Assembly: GCA_000151265.1 (NCBI GenBank) | Contig: GG663750.1 | Span: forward strand, 341,915 to 373,914 | Direction: 5' to 3' | DNA: 32,000 nt | Source: Micromonas pusilla | Lineage: Eukaryota | Shown: one piece after another, positions 1 to 8,692 of the stretch | Layout: every line of letters starts with the position of its first letter | Numbering within the stretch: the stretch's first letter is position 1 | Position numbers and translations under genes: made by a program | The notes under the pieces: generated by a model | The model's input: the letters and a program-made list of their open reading frames with translations, nothing else | Databases searched by the model: none | What the model was told of the DNA's origin: nothing

Positions 1-427
1 GTGATTCGACGGCTTTATCCCGAACGACGACGCCGCGCGAGGACGACGATGGACGCTGCGATGACGTCGCCGCGCGTCGTCGCGCGGCGTCGCCGCCGGC
101 GTCGTCGTCCACGCTCCCGACGCCGCCCGCGGCCGCGCGGCGTCGCGCGGTCGATCTCTTCTCTCTCGCGCCGCCGGCGCCGCCGGCGCCGCTCGCGTCC
201 CTCGCGTCCCTCGCGCCGTCGCGCGACGCCGCCGCGCGAGGCGTCGTGTTTGTCGCGACGCGAGCCGTCGACGTCGTCGGCGGCCGCGGCGACGGCGACG
301 GCGCGAGGACGCGCCACGCGAGCGACGACGCCGCGCGCGCGACGTCGCGCCTCCGCGCGTGATTCGACGCGACGCATCGCATCGACGCCATCGCGCCGCT
401 CCCCGCGAGCGCGCGCGCCGTGTCCAT
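1..427 (-). CDS. possible first exon of a gene running off the left edge (hypothetical, Ala/Arg/Ser-rich)
   Basis: The reverse-strand frame from ATG 427..425 (MDTARALAGSGAMASM...) stays open to position 1, 142 codons. It is absent from the ORF track because it has no stop inside the window. No recognisable domain, and GC-rich DNA gives long open frames by chance. Confidence 0.2.
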   Translation of the reverse strand, partial: MDTARALAGSGAMASMRCVASNHARRRDVARAASSLAWRVLAPSPSPRPPTTSTARVATNTTPRAAASRDGARDARDASGAGGAGGAREKRSTARRRAAAGGVGSVDDDAGGDAARRRAATSSQRPSSSSRGVVVRDKAVES

Positions 428-741
428 CGCGCGCGCCGCCTCGCCCTCCGCGCGCGCGCCACCCAATGGACGGACGATGCGATGTGGCTCCTCGAGCGCG
501 CCTCTCTTCTCTCGCCGATAAAAAACGAGTGACGTCGAGCGTGCGAGGACGGCACCGTGACTATTTCCGCATACGAGGTTTCGCGTATCGTAGTACGTGA
601 ACTCGCGGCACGGCTTTCAGTGTTATTACTCGTACGAAGGTATTACTTCCGCCTCGTATGTCGTACTCGTACTGTCGTTGCTTTTCGGCGCAGTCTTCCC
701 CGCGCGGCGGCACGCGTCGACGACTGACGAGCGAGGCGATC

Positions 742-1491
742 ATGGTGAAGAAGCGAGGAGTGAACCAGCGCACGGGCAAGCCGTTCATCGAGTGGTGCGC
801 GGAGAACGGGAAGCGCGGCGAGAGGCTCGCCAACGAGTTCCGCGAGGAGCTGCCGACGGAGCTGACGAAAGGGTCGAACTACAAGGCGAAGTGGAAGTGT
901 TTGACGTGCAAGCACGTGTGGCGGGCGAAGGTGAACAACCGCACGAGGAGCCACAAACCCGGCGGTTGCCCGAAGTGCGCGAAACGTGCGCCGGCGAGCA
1001 AGACGAACAACTTCATCGTGTGGTGCGAGAAGAACGGCGAGCTCGGCAAGAAGCTGTCGCGCGAGTACGTCGATAAGGACAAGCCGCCGACGGAGCTGAC
1101 GTTTGCGTCGCACTACAAGGCGAAGTGGAAGTGCAGCAACGTCGAGTGCAAACACGTGTGGCGGGCGCAGGTGTGCCACCGCACGAACAGCGACAGACCC
1201 AGCGGGTGTCCGAAGTGCGCGAATCAACTGCCGCTGAGCAAGACGAACAACTTCCTCGAGTGGTGCGAGAAGAACGGCGAGCTCGGGAAGAAGCTGTCGC
1301 GCGAGTACGTCGATAAGGACAGGCCGCCGACGGCGGTGACGAAAGGGGCGGACTACAAGGCGCTATGGAAGTGTGGGAGGTGCTCGCACGAGTGGCGTGC
1401 GAGGATGGCCCACCGCACGACGAGCGACAAACCCACCGGGTGTCCGGGATGCCACCCCAAAGGACCCAAGAAGCGCCAGCGCGTCGACTGA
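742..1491 (+). CDS. protein with three tandem treble-clef/zinc-ribbon repeats (DUF4379-like pattern)
   Basis: ORF 658..1491. ATG 742 (MVKKRGVNQRTGKPFIEW) aligns with the start of the paralog at 7832..8545. Three repeats with a 240-bp period (KTNNF at 1000 and 1240), each with WKC-x2-C-x-H-x-WRA...RT...GCPKC. No intron. Confidence 0.8.
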   Translation: MVKKRGVNQRTGKPFIEWCAENGKRGERLANEFREELPTELTKGSNYKAKWKCLTCKHVWRAKVNNRTRSHKPGGCPKCAKRAPASKTNNFIVWCEKNGELGKKLSREYVDKDKPPTELTFASHYKAKWKCSNVECKHVWRAQVCHRTNSDRPSGCPKCANQLPLSKTNNFLEWCEKNGELGKKLSREYVDKDRPPTAVTKGADYKALWKCGRCSHEWRARMAHRTTSDKPTGCPGCHPKGPKKRQRVD

Positions 1492-1503
1492 AAAAACGAC
1501 GCA

Positions 1504-1527
1504 ACGACGACGACGACGACGACGACG
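1504..1527 (+). repeat. (ACG)8 microsatellite in the 3' flank of the zinc-ribbon gene
   Basis: Direct reading acgacgacg... 13 nt after stop 1491, followed by TGTAA at 1534..1538. Confidence 0.9.
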
Positions 1528-1649
1528 AAACCGTGTAAAAACGAACGACCATCGAACAACAGGAAGGTAGAGTGTTGTGATTGAACTCTCTCTCGTCTTG
1601 CCAAAAAATGTCATCGCTCGCGTCTCTTCTTCCTTCCCGCTTTCTTGCC

Positions 1650-3264
1650 TCAGCAGCACGCCCCCCCCGCCGGCGCGTCCCCTCCCCCGCCGCCGCCCGC
1701 CACCGGGCTCGGCCCGCAGTCGAACAGCCCATAGTGCACGTCCCGGTTCCCCACGATCTCGAAGTGTTTCCCCAACCACGTCTCTCCGAGCATCGACGCG
1801 GTGTTCCCGCACACCAAGAACGGCTTGTTCTTCTCTATCCTGTGGTGATCGTCCAGGGAGTACGCGTTGGGGTGCCCGTCGATCGTGCCCTTGTACAGCG
1901 CGTACTGGCCGTAGTCCTCGCACAGGGACTCCAGCCGGCCGGGAGGGAGCTTGAAGAGGCGGTAGGTGATGGAATAAAATTTCGCCTCGCCGAGCAACGC
2001 CGCGAGCGCCTCGGGGTCGTTCCATACGATCGAACGTCGGGGTGGAGTTGAAAGGCGTCAGACGGAGTTGAAAGGCGTCGAGGTGTGTCGGGATTGAAAC
2101 CGAGGTGTGGGCGGAGAGATGCGCCGGGAATAAAAGTCCTTAAGGAACGGCGTTCACCGCGCCGACGCGGTCGTATGGGAACCAGTGCGACATAGAACGC
2201 GCCTCGTCCTTGATCTCAATCTCGTGGCCCTCCAGCACGCGCGGGTCCGCGAACCCGGTCGCGACGCACAGCCGCTTGAAGTCCTCGACGTACATCGCGC
2301 CGCCGAGGCACTCGCCGAGGAGGATCTCGTGCGACCGCAGATCTTCCGGAAGTCTTCGGTCGCAGTAGACGTCGCTGAAGTAAAACTCGCCGCCATCCGC
2401 GAGCGCGCGCATCGCCTCGGACAGCACCGCGGGCTTATCCGGGGAGAGGTTAATCACGCAGTTGGAGATGATGAGATCCACGGAGTTATCCTCGACGTTC
2501 GCCGCGCGCAGGTCCTCGATCGTGCCCTTGCGGAACTCCATGTTCCCCGGCGCGGCGTACCCCAGCGCGTCCACGCAGTACGTCTCCGCGTGCCGCCGCG
2601 CAACGTCCAGCTGTGTGAAAAAAAAAGCATCGGTCAGTTGAAAGGGGACGCGATCAAACGTTGAACCTATGGGGTGGGTGAAAAACGCGAGTGAAGCCAC
2701 AGCACGCACCTGCGCGTCCGTCATGTCGATCCCGATCACGCTCCCGCTCTCGCCCACGAGCGCGGCGGCGACGTAGCAGTCCCTCCCGCTGCCGCTCCCG
2801 AGGTCCAGCACCCTGAGGCCGTCGATCCCGAGCGGCGTGGGCGATCCGCAGCCGTAGTACTTCGCCTTGACCTCGTCCGGGACGCTCGCGAGGATCGACT
2901 TGATTTTCTTCGGAAGAAGGTTCGGCGTGCAGCACGCGGACGTCTTCAGGTCGTCCGACGTCTGTAGCGTCTCGCCGTAGTACTTGGTCACGGAGTCGCG
3001 GACTTCCGCGTCGCCGCCGCCGTTCGGGGCGATGATCTTCGCGCCGAGGAGCTCGTCGAGCGCGGAGGAGGACTTCGCGGCGGCGCGGACGACGGGGACG
3101 GGGCCGGCGCCGGGGCCGCGGCGCGACGACGACGACGACGTCGACGACGTCGTCGATCGAATCGACGCGACGTCGCGGCGGACGCTCGAGGCGGGGCGGT
3201 TCGCGCCGCGACCGAACGTCGCGACGGCGGCGGAGGAGGACGCGAGCGCGGCGGCGGCGGCCAT
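1650..3264 (-). CDS. AS3MT: arsenite S-adenosylmethionine methyltransferase (AS3MT/ArsM family), 3 exons
   Basis: join(3264..2710, 2610..2203, 2009..1650), all phase 0. Family motifs: KYYGETLQTSDDLKTSACCT, YYGCGSP, VLDLGSGSGRDCYVAAALVG, GIDMTDAQ, ISNCVINLSPDK, GGEFYFSDVY, LGECLGGA, FYSITYRLFK, C-terminal Cys pair. The N-terminus looks like a transit peptide. Confidence 0.9.
2010..2202 (-). mobile_element. introner element IE-1 (intron 2 of AS3MT)
   Basis: 193 nt. Sense strand GACGAG|GCGCGTTCTATGTCGCACTGGTTCCCATACGACC ... GTATGGAACGACCCCGAG|GCGCTC. GC donor, phase 0. Removal joins ...EIEIKDE|ALAALLGEAKFYSITYRLFK. Confidence 0.9.
2611..2709 (-). mobile_element. 99-nt intron 1 of AS3MT, apparent solo 3' module of an IE sub-family
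   Basis: CAG|GTGCGTGCTGTGG ... TTTTTTCACAG|CTGGAC, phase 0, joins GIDMTDAQ|LDVARRHAETYC. It shares TTCACCC, TTCAACGTTTGA(T/C)CG and ACTGACCGAT(C)GCTT with the 3' half of IE-13 (31177..31319). It lacks the CTGGTCCCCATACGACC...CCTTAAGGAC module. Confidence 0.5.
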
Positions 3265-3398
3265 CGTGTGCGTGCGCGGGTCTGTGAGGAGGGACGCGCC
3301 CGGCGCGGCGACGACGTTTGGAAGGAATGGAAGCCGCGAGATCTGTGACGTCGTCGTGTGTCATGTCAGACTCTGTCCCCGTCACACCGCGACGCGCG

Positions 3399-3893
3399 AT
3401 GGCTGCCGCGGCGCGCCCCGTCGCCCCCCGCGCGCGTCTCGCCGCGCGCGCGGCGGCGACGACGACGCGCCGCGACGTCGACCGCGCCGTCGCGCCGCCG
3501 ACGCGACGGTCGCTCCTCGCCGCGACGACGACGACGCTCCTCCTCGCGACGACGGCCGCGGTCGCGCGCGCCGCGGAGGAGGCGGAGACGGATGACGGCA
3601 CCCGGGTCATCATCTCGACGTCGTCCGCCGCGACCGCCGCGGTGGCGTCCCCGCTGGAGTGCGCGTCGGACCCGTCGTGCGTCGTCGCGCGCGACGCGAG
3701 CCTCGCGGGGGGCGGGTCCTACGCGCCGCCGACGGAGTTCGTGGAGGAGGACCCGGACGGCGCGCTTCGACGCGCCATCTGTCCGCGGAACCCCACCGCG
3801 GACATCTGCCGCAGCGTGAAAGACCGGAAGAAGATCAACGACTCGCCGTGCCTCATACCCATCGGGCTGGCGTGCGCGATGTGGAAGAAGTGA
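3399..3893 (+). CDS. small Cys-rich organelle-targeted protein with CP12-like Cys pairs
   Basis: ORF 3318..3893. Candidate starts are 3318, 3327, 3363 and 3399 (MAAAARP). Contains TRRSLLAATTTTLLLATTAAVARA (twin-Arg plus hydrophobic stretch plus AxA). CASDPSCVVARD and DP..ICPRNPTADICR resemble the CP12 motifs C..DP...C.AAWD and DP..YC.DNPE.DECR. Confidence 0.6.
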   Translation: MAAAARPVAPRARLAARAAATTTRRDVDRAVAPPTRRSLLAATTTTLLLATTAAVARAAEEAETDDGTRVIISTSSAATAAVASPLECASDPSCVVARDASLAGGGSYAPPTEFVEEDPDGALRRAICPRNPTADICRSVKDRKKINDSPCLIPIGLACAMWKK

Positions 3894-4100
3894 TTTATGA
3901 TGAGTACGTGTAGTAGGGTACGGTATCGTATCATAGAAGAAGTAGGGCTGGAGAGAGAGGGGGAGAGGAGACGACGACCGCGACGCGTCGATTGGACGTG
4001 TGGCGTATTCATTTATTGATCGTTTTCGTATTAATCGTCTGCGGGAGCCCTACGTCGCGTCCGCCGCGGCGGAGGGCCGGCGCTTTCTCCGAGCGTCCGC

Positions 4101-4130
4101 GTTCGTTCGTTCGTTCGCTCGTTCGTTCGT
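4101..4130. repeat. (CGTT)n microsatellite, reads (AACG)n after TGTAA on the minus strand
   Basis: gttcgttcgttcgttcgctcgttcgttcgt, then ttaca at 4130..4134. This lies about 80 nt downstream of the minus-strand stop at 4216. Confidence 0.85.
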
Positions 4131-4215
4131 TACAAGCACGTTCTCTCGTCGTCACATTATTAGCGCCGCGGACATGCGCTCGCAGCCACTCCGTCACGTG
4201 CGGCGACTCCTCTGT

Positions 4216-5301
4216 TTAAGTCGACTCGTCCTGCGGAGCGCCGTTCGCGCGCGCCCACTGCAGCACCTCGAGGTGACCGCCTCTCGCGGCTTCGGAGCAA
4301 GTCTCCTCGTCCCAAGGAGCGCCGTTCGCGCGCGCCCACTGCAGCACCTCCAGGTGGCCGCCACCCGCGGCATTGACGCAAGTAACCTCGTTCCACGGAG
4401 CGCCGTTCGCGCGCGCCCACTGTAGCACCTCCAGGTGGCCGCGATGCGCGGCATAGGTGCAAGTCCACTCGTTCCACGGAGCGCCGTTCGCGCGCGCCCA
4501 TTGCAGCACCTCCAGGTGGCCGCCAAACGCGGCACTGGCACAAGTCCACTCGTTCCACGTGGCGCCGTTCGCTCGCGCCCACTGCAGCACCTCGAGGTGA
4601 CCGCCTCTCGCGGCTTCGGAGCAAGTCTCCTCGTCCCAAGGAGCGCCGTTCGCGCGCGCCCACTGCAGCACCTCCAGGTGGCCGCCACCCGCGGCATTGA
4701 CGCAAGTCCACTCGTTCCACGTGGCGCCGTTCGCTCGCGCCCACTGCAGCACCTCCAAGTGGCCCCTACCCGCGGCATAGGTGCAAGTCCACACGTCCCA
4801 CGGGCAGCCGTTCGCTCGCGCCCACTGCAGCACCTCCAAGTGGCCGTGTTCCGCGGCACCGGTGCAAGTCCACGCGTCCCACGGAGCGCCGTTCGCGCGC
4901 GCCCACTGCAGTACCTCCAGGTGGCCGCATTTCGCGACTGCGGCGCAAGTATTCTCGTCCCACGGACACCCTCGCTCCTTCGCCCACGCCAACCTGCTGA
5001 CCGACCCGACGAAGTTCGGCATCCTCCCGAGCTCCCTCCTCACCGCCGCGACGTCCCTCACGTCATGGTCGACGGGCGAATCGAAGACGACGTCGCGCAT
5101 CTTTCGGTTCACCGTCGCGAGCACCGCGAGGTCGCCGCTGTCGAGCCGCGGGAGGATGTTCGCGTTGAAGACATCGCGCGTGCGCGCGTCCGCGGCGAGT
5201 CGTTCCGGGAGCGGGGCCTCGTCGTTGAGATCTGCGGAAGTCGATCCGTCCCCCGCGATATCGTCGACGCCGCCGCGATTCATCCGCCTTGGAGACAACA
5301 T
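4216..5301 (-). CDS. ankyrin-like tandem-repeat protein (27-aa GHLEVLQWARANG-x-PW-x3-TC-x2-AA repeats)
   Basis: ORF 4216..5454 begins at an alternative TTG. The first ATG is 5301 (MLSPRRMNRGG). ATG 5283 (MNRGGVDD) is the one conserved in the copied 5' module at 10067. Nine GHLEVLQWARANG units plus one degenerate leading unit. No intron. Confidence 0.8.
   Translation of the reverse strand: MLSPRRMNRGGVDDIAGDGSTSADLNDEAPLPERLAADARTRDVFNANILPRLDSGDLAVLATVNRKMRDVVFDSPVDHDVRDVAAVRRELGRMPNFVGSVSRLAWAKERGCPWDENTCAAVAKCGHLEVLQWARANGAPWDAWTCTGAAEHGHLEVLQWARANGCPWDVWTCTYAAGRGHLEVLQWARANGATWNEWTCVNAAGGGHLEVLQWARANGAPWDEETCSEAARGGHLEVLQWARANGATWNEWTCASAAFGGHLEVLQWARANGAPWNEWTCTYAAHRGHLEVLQWARANGAPWNEVTCVNAAGGGHLEVLQWARANGAPWDEETCSEAARGGHLEVLQWARANGAPQDEST
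4219..4998 (-). repeat. 81-bp coding tandem array (about 9.5 units)
   Basis: First GHLEV codon at 4926. Units repeat every 81 bp. A 130-nt block is identical at 4254..4383 and 4578..4707, an offset of 324 = 4 x 81. Confidence 0.9.
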
Positions 5302-5397
5302 CGCGTCGTGTCGATCGCGGGTACGCGAGCACTTCGCGACGAGGCCGCGGAGGAGGAGGAGGAAGAGGACGCGTTGTCGTCGCGCGTGTGGCGAGTG
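5167..5397 (-). repeat. dispersed repeat copy 1 (upstream region plus 5' CDS of the ankyrin-like gene)
   Basis: Aligns with 9960..10192 in the same orientation. Exact shared runs include gagatctgcggaagtcgatccgtcccccgcgat and gcgagcacttcgcgacgaggccgcgga. Confidence 0.85.
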
Positions 5398-5558
5398 CCA
5401 GATCTCGGGGCGTTTTGTCCGTTTTGCGTTCGGGACGATTATTTGTCCGGTCAATTCATCACTGTCAGACTGTGTTTGAAAGGTGTGTTTGAAAGCGCGA
5501 AAATGATTTCATCCGCGGTGCTGGTTCGTCACGCGAGACCTCTTCTAATAAGCTGCTG

Positions 5559-7047
5559 CTACCCCGTCGCCGCCGTCGTCGTTCGCGGGGTCGACGCCGA
5601 GGCGGCGCCTCCCCCGCCACCCCTCCTCCCCCCCGCTCTGGGCCGCCCCGAGGACACCGACGCCGTGTCCTTCCTCCGCAGCCCCTGCCCCGCGGGCTTC
5701 CCCCCCAGCCTCTTCATCCCCGTCGGGTCGTCCCAGTGCGGCAAGCTCGCGCTCGCCTCGTTCACCGCGTCCACGAGGAACCGCACGAGCTCGTTGTCCA
5801 TCCCCGCGGGCGGTCTCGTAAGGTTATTCTCCGGCGCGCCCTGCGTCCACGTCCTCTTGTCGAACCGCCACTTCCCCATCTTGCCGGGCGTGAACGTCCC
5901 GTCCAGGTCGTAGTCGTTGCCGTACGTGAAGTGCAGGATGTAAAAGTCGGAGACGGACTTATCCCACGGCGGCTGCGCCTGGAGCTTCGGCCGCAGATCG
6001 TGTCGGACGCCGCTCAGCCACGACGCGATCGTGTACCCGTACATCTCCAGGACCCACCCCCACTCCTTGTTCGCCTCCGGGTCTCTCTTGATCTTCACCG
6101 TGACGTCGTGCCACGTCGGCGCGATCTTACGGAGGTCGTCCTTGTGGATGAACACGGGGGAGGAGCCGATCGGGTCCATCGCCGCGAGGTCCGCGTCCGT
6201 GATCGTGACGTCGCCCATGAACCTGCGCACCAGCGTCGGGAACTTCGCGGGCTCGATGTAGAAGAACGGGAACGCCGCGGGGGTCCGGCCGTTCATCAGA
6301 TTGTCCAGCGGGCGCAGGTACAGGTGATCCGGCTCCGCCATGAGGATGTAGTCCTCCTCGATCTCCGGGCACTTCTCGAAGAACTGCTTAAACGCGTTCG
6401 GACGCGACAGCACGACGAACCCCATCTCGTCGTCCAAGCGATCGACGACGCACGTCGGGATCTCGTCCATGAGCCCGTCCGGCTGGTCGTGCAACACGCG
6501 CGTGAACCCGCCCATCTGCCCGTCTCTCGGGTCTTGCTTCGCCTTTTGTTTCAGGTACCAGTAGTGCATCGTCCGGACCTGCCACGCCTGGTACGGGTTC
6601 GCGTTCGTCGTGACGACGACGTGGAACCGCTTGTGGACGCCGCGCTCGCCCCTGACGTCCGCGGGCGCGGCCATGCTGCCGGACGTCCACGGGTTATCCG
6701 GCGCGTCCGCGGGGCCCGTCGGGTTCTCAGGCCGCGGCTGATGCTTCAGCCAGCACGCGCCTCGCGGCTCGCGGCCCCCCGCGCAGCCGCCCGCCGCGGG
6801 GCAGAAGACCCACACGTTGCACGGGCGCGGGGTGGCGTCGCGCATGGCGTCGCACGCGTCGTGGCACGCGCGCGCGTTCTCGACGAGGTGCGTCGTGCCC
6901 CACTTGACGACGTCGCCGCCGTACTCGGTGTGGAGTTTCGGCGCGAACGATGATGATAACGCGGTCGGCGACGGCGGCGGCGGCGAGGGGGACGACGGCG
7001 ACGGCGGCGATCGCGGCGGCGGCGCGGCGGCGACGGCGGCGGAAGGC

Positions 7048-7080
<33 letters not shown>

Positions 7081-7511
7081 TCGATCGGCGTCGGCGTCTC
7101 TCGGACGCGATCGACGTCGGCGTCGCCGTCGCCGTCGAAGCCATCGCGTTCTTCGACCCTTTTCTCGTCCTCCTCCTCCTCCTTCTTCTCCTTCCCGTCG
7201 TCCTTCGCCGCCGCCGCGAGCTTTTCCCGCCGCTGCCGCTCCTCGAACGCCCTCACCCACTCGCGCTCGCCGCCGTCGGCGTCGTCCGCCGTCGCGCCGC
7301 TCGTCCCGCCGCTCGTCCCGCCGCCGATCGCGGAAGAGTCATCATCCAACACGAGCAGGCCCGCGCTTCCGCGTCGCGTCGGACGCGGCAGCGACGACGC
7401 GCCGCCGTGGATGCTCCACCACGCGAAGACGTTGAACGACACGAAGAACGCGACGAAGAACGCGCACGAGCGCGCGATGACGCGCCTGCTGCTCCGCGAG
7501 GAGGCGCCCAT
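5559..7511 (-). CDS. hydroxyproline O-arabinosyltransferase-like glycosyltransferase (HPAT/GT95-like), type II membrane protein
   Basis: ORF 5559..7778, first ATG at 7511 (MGASSRSSRRVIARSCAFFVAFFVSFNVFAWW signal anchor). An acidic and Pro-rich stalk precedes the catalytic region. Catalytic motifs: FHVVVTTNANPYQAWQVRTMHYWY, GFTRVLH, DEIPT, YILMAEPDH, AAFPFFYIEP, GWVLEMYGY, QPPWD, HFTYGNDYD, GKWRFDKR. The family call is from memory of plant HPAT sequences. Confidence 0.8.
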
Positions 7512-7581
7512 CCTCCGCGGCGGACGCGGCCTCGCGCGCTGTCGGTTCTGACGTGACCTGCACTGAGAGTACGGTTTTTTT

Positions 7582-7601
7582 ATCGGTCCCGCCTCTCGGC
7601 T
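7582..7601 (-). promoter_or_regulatory. conserved upstream motif copy A (ATCGGTCCCGCCTCTCGGCT)
   Basis: A 20-nt exact match with 8673..8692. It lies 71-90 nt upstream of the HPAT ATG (7511, minus strand). In both copies it is flanked by a T-run on the plus strand and by TGACCTG. Confidence 0.4.
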
Positions 7602-7831
7602 ATCGGCTGGTTCGCGCGCGTCCTCGACGACATAGGGTGGGAGATGATGGACGTCCTGGAGCGGACGCCCGCGCCCGAGGCGGCGGCGGCGGCGGCGGTG
7701 AAGGCGGAGTAGTGCGAACGAACGAACGGTAGTGAAGGGAGGGTTACTAGCTAGAGCCCGCACTCGGGGGCCGCGCACGGGAGTCTACACTGAAACTCTC
7801 ACTCGAAGCGAACGCCCTCGTCGCGACGCCG

Positions 7832-8545
7832 TTACCTTCCAGGCGTTTTGCACCCCGGGCACCCGGTGGGCTTGTCGCTCTTCGTGCGGTGGTTCACCGT
7901 CGCCCGCCACTCGTGCGAGCACCTCCCACACTTCCACAGCGCCTTGTAGTTCGACCCTTTCTTCACCGCCGTCGGCGGCTTGTCCTTATCGACGTACTCG
8001 CGCGACAGATTCTTCCCGAGCTCGCCGTTCTTCTCGCACCACACGAGGAAGTTGCTCGTCTTGCTCAGCGGCATGCGATTCGCGCACTTCGGGCACCCGC
8101 TGGGTTTGGCGCTCTTCGTGCGGCTGTGCACCTTCGCCCGCCACACGTGCTTGCACTCGACGTTGCTGCACTTCCACAGCGCCTTGTAGTGCGACGCGTG
8201 CGTCACCGCCGTCGGCGGCTTGTCCTTATCGACGTACTCGCGCGACAGCTTCTTGCCGCGCTCGCCGTTCTTCTCGCACCACGCGAGGAAGTTGTTCGTC
8301 TTGCTCAGCGGCAGTTGATTCGCGCACTTCGGACACCCGCTGGGTTTGACGCTCCTCGTGCGGCTGTGCACCTGCGCCCGCCACACGTGCTTGCACTTCA
8401 AACACTTCCACTTCGCCTTGTTGTTCGACGCTTTCGTCACCGCCGTCGGCAGCTCCTCGCGGAACTCGTTGGCGAGCCTCTCGCCGCGCTTCCCGTTCTC
8501 CGCGCACCACTCGATGAACGGCTTGCCCTTACGTCTGGCTGGCAT
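7832..8545 (-). CDS. protein with three tandem treble-clef/zinc-ribbon repeats, inverted paralog of 742..1491
   Basis: ORF 7832..8545 with ATG at 8545 (MPARRKGKPFIEWCAENGKRGERLANEFREELP). Same three-repeat architecture as 742..1491. An 85-nt stretch is identical between 775..859 and the reverse complement of 8443..8527. Confidence 0.85.
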   Translation of the reverse strand: MPARRKGKPFIEWCAENGKRGERLANEFREELPTAVTKASNNKAKWKCLKCKHVWRAQVHSRTRSVKPSGCPKCANQLPLSKTNNFLAWCEKNGERGKKLSREYVDKDKPPTAVTHASHYKALWKCSNVECKHVWRAKVHSRTKSAKPSGCPKCANRMPLSKTSNFLVWCEKNGELGKNLSREYVDKDKPPTAVKKGSNYKALWKCGRCSHEWRATVNHRTKSDKPTGCPGCKTPGR

Positions 8546-8672
8546 GATCGACGCGCGAGACGCGGCGTGGCGGCGCGTAGCGAGAGTGACGTCGAAAAGC
8601 TACGACGCCCGACAGGAAGAAAACACCGACTGACCTGGGGACGGGCTGCAGGTCTCGTGCCCTAGGTTTTTG

Positions 8673-8692
8673 ATCGGTCCCGCCTCTCGGCT
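8673..8692 (-). promoter_or_regulatory. conserved upstream motif copy B (ATCGGTCCCGCCTCTCGGCT)
   Basis: Exact 20-mer shared with 7582..7601. It lies 128-147 nt upstream of the ATG at 8545 (minus strand). Confidence 0.4.

Noticed and set aside
1-600. ORF 1..600 (+) and ORF 15..377 (-), both extremely Arg-rich
   Set aside because: The poly-Arg/Pro/Ser translations are typical of wrong-frame reading of CG-rich DNA. The GTG start at position 1 is coincidental. Only the third reverse frame (1..427) looks even weakly protein-like, and it is listed at low confidence.
5468-5500. Tandem TGTGTTTGAAAG x2; on the minus strand it reads CGCTTTCAAACACACCTTTCAAACACAGTCTGAC, resembling the IE block CGCTTTCAAT...GCCTTTCAAC...CTGAC
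   Set aside because: The resemblance covers only about 30 nt of short motifs in the HPAT 3' flank, and no other IE module is present. It could be chance, so it is not called as an element.
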